A stretch of 64,000 bases of DNA from Octopus sinensis. Lineage: Eukaryota. The notes below the pieces were generated by a model, which had not been told where the DNA came from, ran no database searches, and saw nothing but the letters and a program-made list of their open reading frames with translations. Made by a program: the position numbers and the translations under genes. The stretch is taken from NCBI RefSeq assembly GCF_006345805.1, contig NC_043007.1, positions 56,978,001-57,042,000 on the forward strand, given 5' to 3'. Positions within the stretch are counted from its first letter, which is position 1. Every line of letters starts with the position of its first letter. Below are positions 61,345 through 64,000 of this stretch, one piece after another.

Positions 61345-62100
61345 CACATACATTACATATATAGCATCCTTTTACTCATTAATAAATATATATATATATC
61401 ATCATCATCATCATCATCGTTTAACGTCCGTTTTCCGCGCTAGCATGGGTTGGACGGTTCGACCGGGGTCTGGGAAGCCAGGGGCTGCACCAGGCTCCAG
61501 TCTGATCTGGCAGAGTTTCTACAGCTGGATGCCCTTCCTAACGCCAACCACTTATGTATATATATACATAAGTATACACATATACATGAACACATACATG
61601 TAAGTACACATACGCATATATGCATATACACACATGCATATAGATGCATATAGATACATACAAAGACCCAAACACACACACATGAAGACAAGACACACAT
61701 ATGTAATTATACATTCACATACACATGCATACATATATAGATATATCTACATATACACAGCTGGGTTGTAAAATTATGTGTCTAAATACATGTTATTCGG
61801 ATACAGTTCTTCTTTAGTATATGAGGTTTTAACTCAGGGGGATTAATCCGAGTTGTGGGTGTTAAGTTTGCATCAGTTAGGTATGGTTTTGATTATAGTA
61901 TGTGAATGTGTGTTTAGCTGTATGCAAGTACCTGGGTAATTGTTCCATAAATCTGTTTATAATGTGCTCCTTTGTTAATTAACATAGAGAGTGACTCTTC
62001 AGAACATAGTGAGACATCTTTATCAATGTACCTGAAGAGACCCAGACTGAGGGATCAAAACATATGTTGTACCTAATAAAAGTCTAATAAGAAATCCATA
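60945..62100. mobile_element. Penelope-like pseudo-LTR remnants in inverted orientation (60945-61030 minus; 62010-62100 plus)
   Basis: Both share tctttatcaatgtacctgaagagacccagactga and carry hammerhead core motifs. No RT or GIY-YIG ORF was recognised. Confidence 0.55.
62028..62072 (+). ncRNA. Decayed minimal type-I hammerhead ribozyme
   Basis: GTAC-CTGAAGA-GACCC-AGACTGA-GGGATC-[A]AAA-CATATGT-[T]-GTAC. Stems I, II and a palindromic stem III are present; two core positions differ by CpG-type transitions. Confidence 0.65.
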
Positions 62101-62675
62101 TCTTACTATTAATTGATATTATATATATATGTGTGCGCGCACACACACACATATATGTGCAGGCTTTGTAGTTGGGAGAGACTGAGTGGTGTGTTGTGTT
62201 CTTGAGCAAAACACTTCCTCTCACATTCCTCTGTGATCACTTTGATATCTGATACATGATGCACCATGCACATGTTCAGACAACGTTGTTTTGATTGAGA
62301 GAGTGAGCTAATCTGCAGCACAAGCATTTAATCATTATAAACAAATTGTTTGTGCAGCTCATTCGGTAAAAGCTGAATGTTTATACGTTGTCTTCGAAAG
62401 GAGAGTTCATCATGTATATATTTTTATATATATATTCTTTTATTCTTTTGTTTTTTCAGTCATTTGACTGTGGCCATGCTGGAGCACTGGCTTTAGTTGG
62501 ACAAATCAACCCCAGCAGTTATTCTTTGCAAGCCTAGTACTTCTATTGGTCTTTTTTGCCAAACTGCTAAGTTACAGGACGTAAACACGCCAACGTCAGT
62601 TGTCAAATGATAATGGGGTGACAAACATAGACACACAAACATATACATATGTGTGTGTGTGTATATATATATATA

Positions 62676-63502
62676 TCTCTATATAAACGGCAGTTTGTCT
62701 GTCTGTGTGTCTGTCAGGTTGTACCCTCACCCTGACCACGGCTTTCAACCGATTCTGATGAAACTTGACACACACATAGCCCAATGTCATAATTCAAAAC
62801 TAACGCAGAGAAAATTTTGAAAAGTTCCCCCAGTTCTGAAAAACATCGATAAATTCGACATGGGGTCGAGAATCTAAGCTTTTTATATGCAACACATTTT
62901 CTGTTGTAGTTTTCGCAACTTGCAATCGATTTTCACCAAACTCATGGTGAAGCTTAATGTTACCCTAAGAAACTTAATTCTGATGTTAGTTTTCCATGCA
63001 ATACCTTACTATCAGAAAAAATTGATAAAATCATGCCATTTTGGGAAATCGCGTTCAAATTCAAGATGAAATATTTTCGACACTATCTTTCACAAATTGG
63101 CAGGAATTTTTTTTTAAATTCACAGCGAGCATCATGTCTGCTCCAAGGAGCTATATGGCCCTTTTTATTCCAATAGAATACTTTATTACTGGAAAAAATC
63201 GGTTAATTAAATCATATGTGGCACACATAGCAAACCGATTTGTGTATTAAACACAAACCACAGACTGTCTAGGGGACGCAACTCAACCTTTTTAACTCTC
63301 TTGGGAGGCGCAATGATGTTTTCATGTTTTTGCCCAAAGGGACAGCTAGGAACATCGTATACACAGAAGTATTCGAGTGAAGAGAAGACATTGCAGCCTA
63401 CACATGCGCCTTCGTTCCCTAAAGGGAAAGGACTAGATTGGGATTAGTCGTTGCCTACTAGGGGCTCTTACATACCCGGGCAACGCCGGGCTATGCTGCT
63501 AG
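62676..63502 (+). mobile_element. Non-autonomous Helitron (family D, 827 bp)
   Basis: A|TCTCTATATAAACGGCAG start with a (GTCT)-type microsatellite, and a 3' hairpin CCCGG-GCAACG-CCGGG followed by CTAG|T. Confidence 0.85.
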
Positions 63503-63549
<47 letters not shown>

Positions 63550-64000
63550 CAGGATTCTTTCAGTTTCCGTTTACCAAATCCACTCACTTCAGTCAACTCA
63601 AGGCTATAGTAGAAGATACTTGCCCAAAGTGTCATGCAGTGGGACTGAACCTGGAACCATATAGTTGGGAAGCAATTTTCTTACCACACAGCCATACGTG
63701 TACCTATATATATATACACACACACACACAAATATAAAGAAATAAACAATTGTCTTATTCCTTTGTTATTTCATTTTCTTATTACTTGTCTCACACTTTG
63801 TTCTGAAACATACGCATATTGAGTTCTTCACTAGGTTAATGCCTAAGCGAAATAATATCTATATTTATATAGGTGCAAGTAGGACTGAGTATGTGGTATG
63901 AAGTTTGCTTCTCAACCACATGATTTCAGACGCAGTCCTGACTGCATGGGCGAGTATTTTCTACTATAGCTCCAGGCCAATCGAAGCCTTGTGAATGGAT

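Overview
AT-rich, repeat-dense eukaryotic genomic DNA. The SINE/LINE repertoire suggests an octopus or other coleoid cephalopod, which is an inference from recognition rather than a search. The left ~38 kb is mostly intron of a minus-strand gene. Two coding exons (9563-8981 and 4763-4582) splice in frame into a DEP-like domain resembling the N-terminus of invertebrate formin/cappuccino-type proteins. A candidate promoter and non-coding first exon(s) lie at ~38.9-39.9 kb. The introns hold SINE arrays, RTE LINE and mariner remnants, small MITEs, two composite Helitron insertions (one with a PIF1 helicase fragment and a 165-bp tandem repeat), and a 4.6-kb 30-bp minisatellite with four largely open frames. 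The right part has two tail-to-tail Tx1/L1-type LINEs, one full length and flanked by (AAT)n at both ends, plus LTR-like and hAT elements, a ~150-bp-arm hairpin, and Penelope-like remnants carrying decayed minimal hammerhead ribozymes. Repeat copies are CpG-decayed at 1-37.5 kb and beyond ~60.9 kb but CpG-intact in between. No rRNA, bona fide tRNA or CRISPR array was found. Most boundaries of degenerate repeats are approximate.
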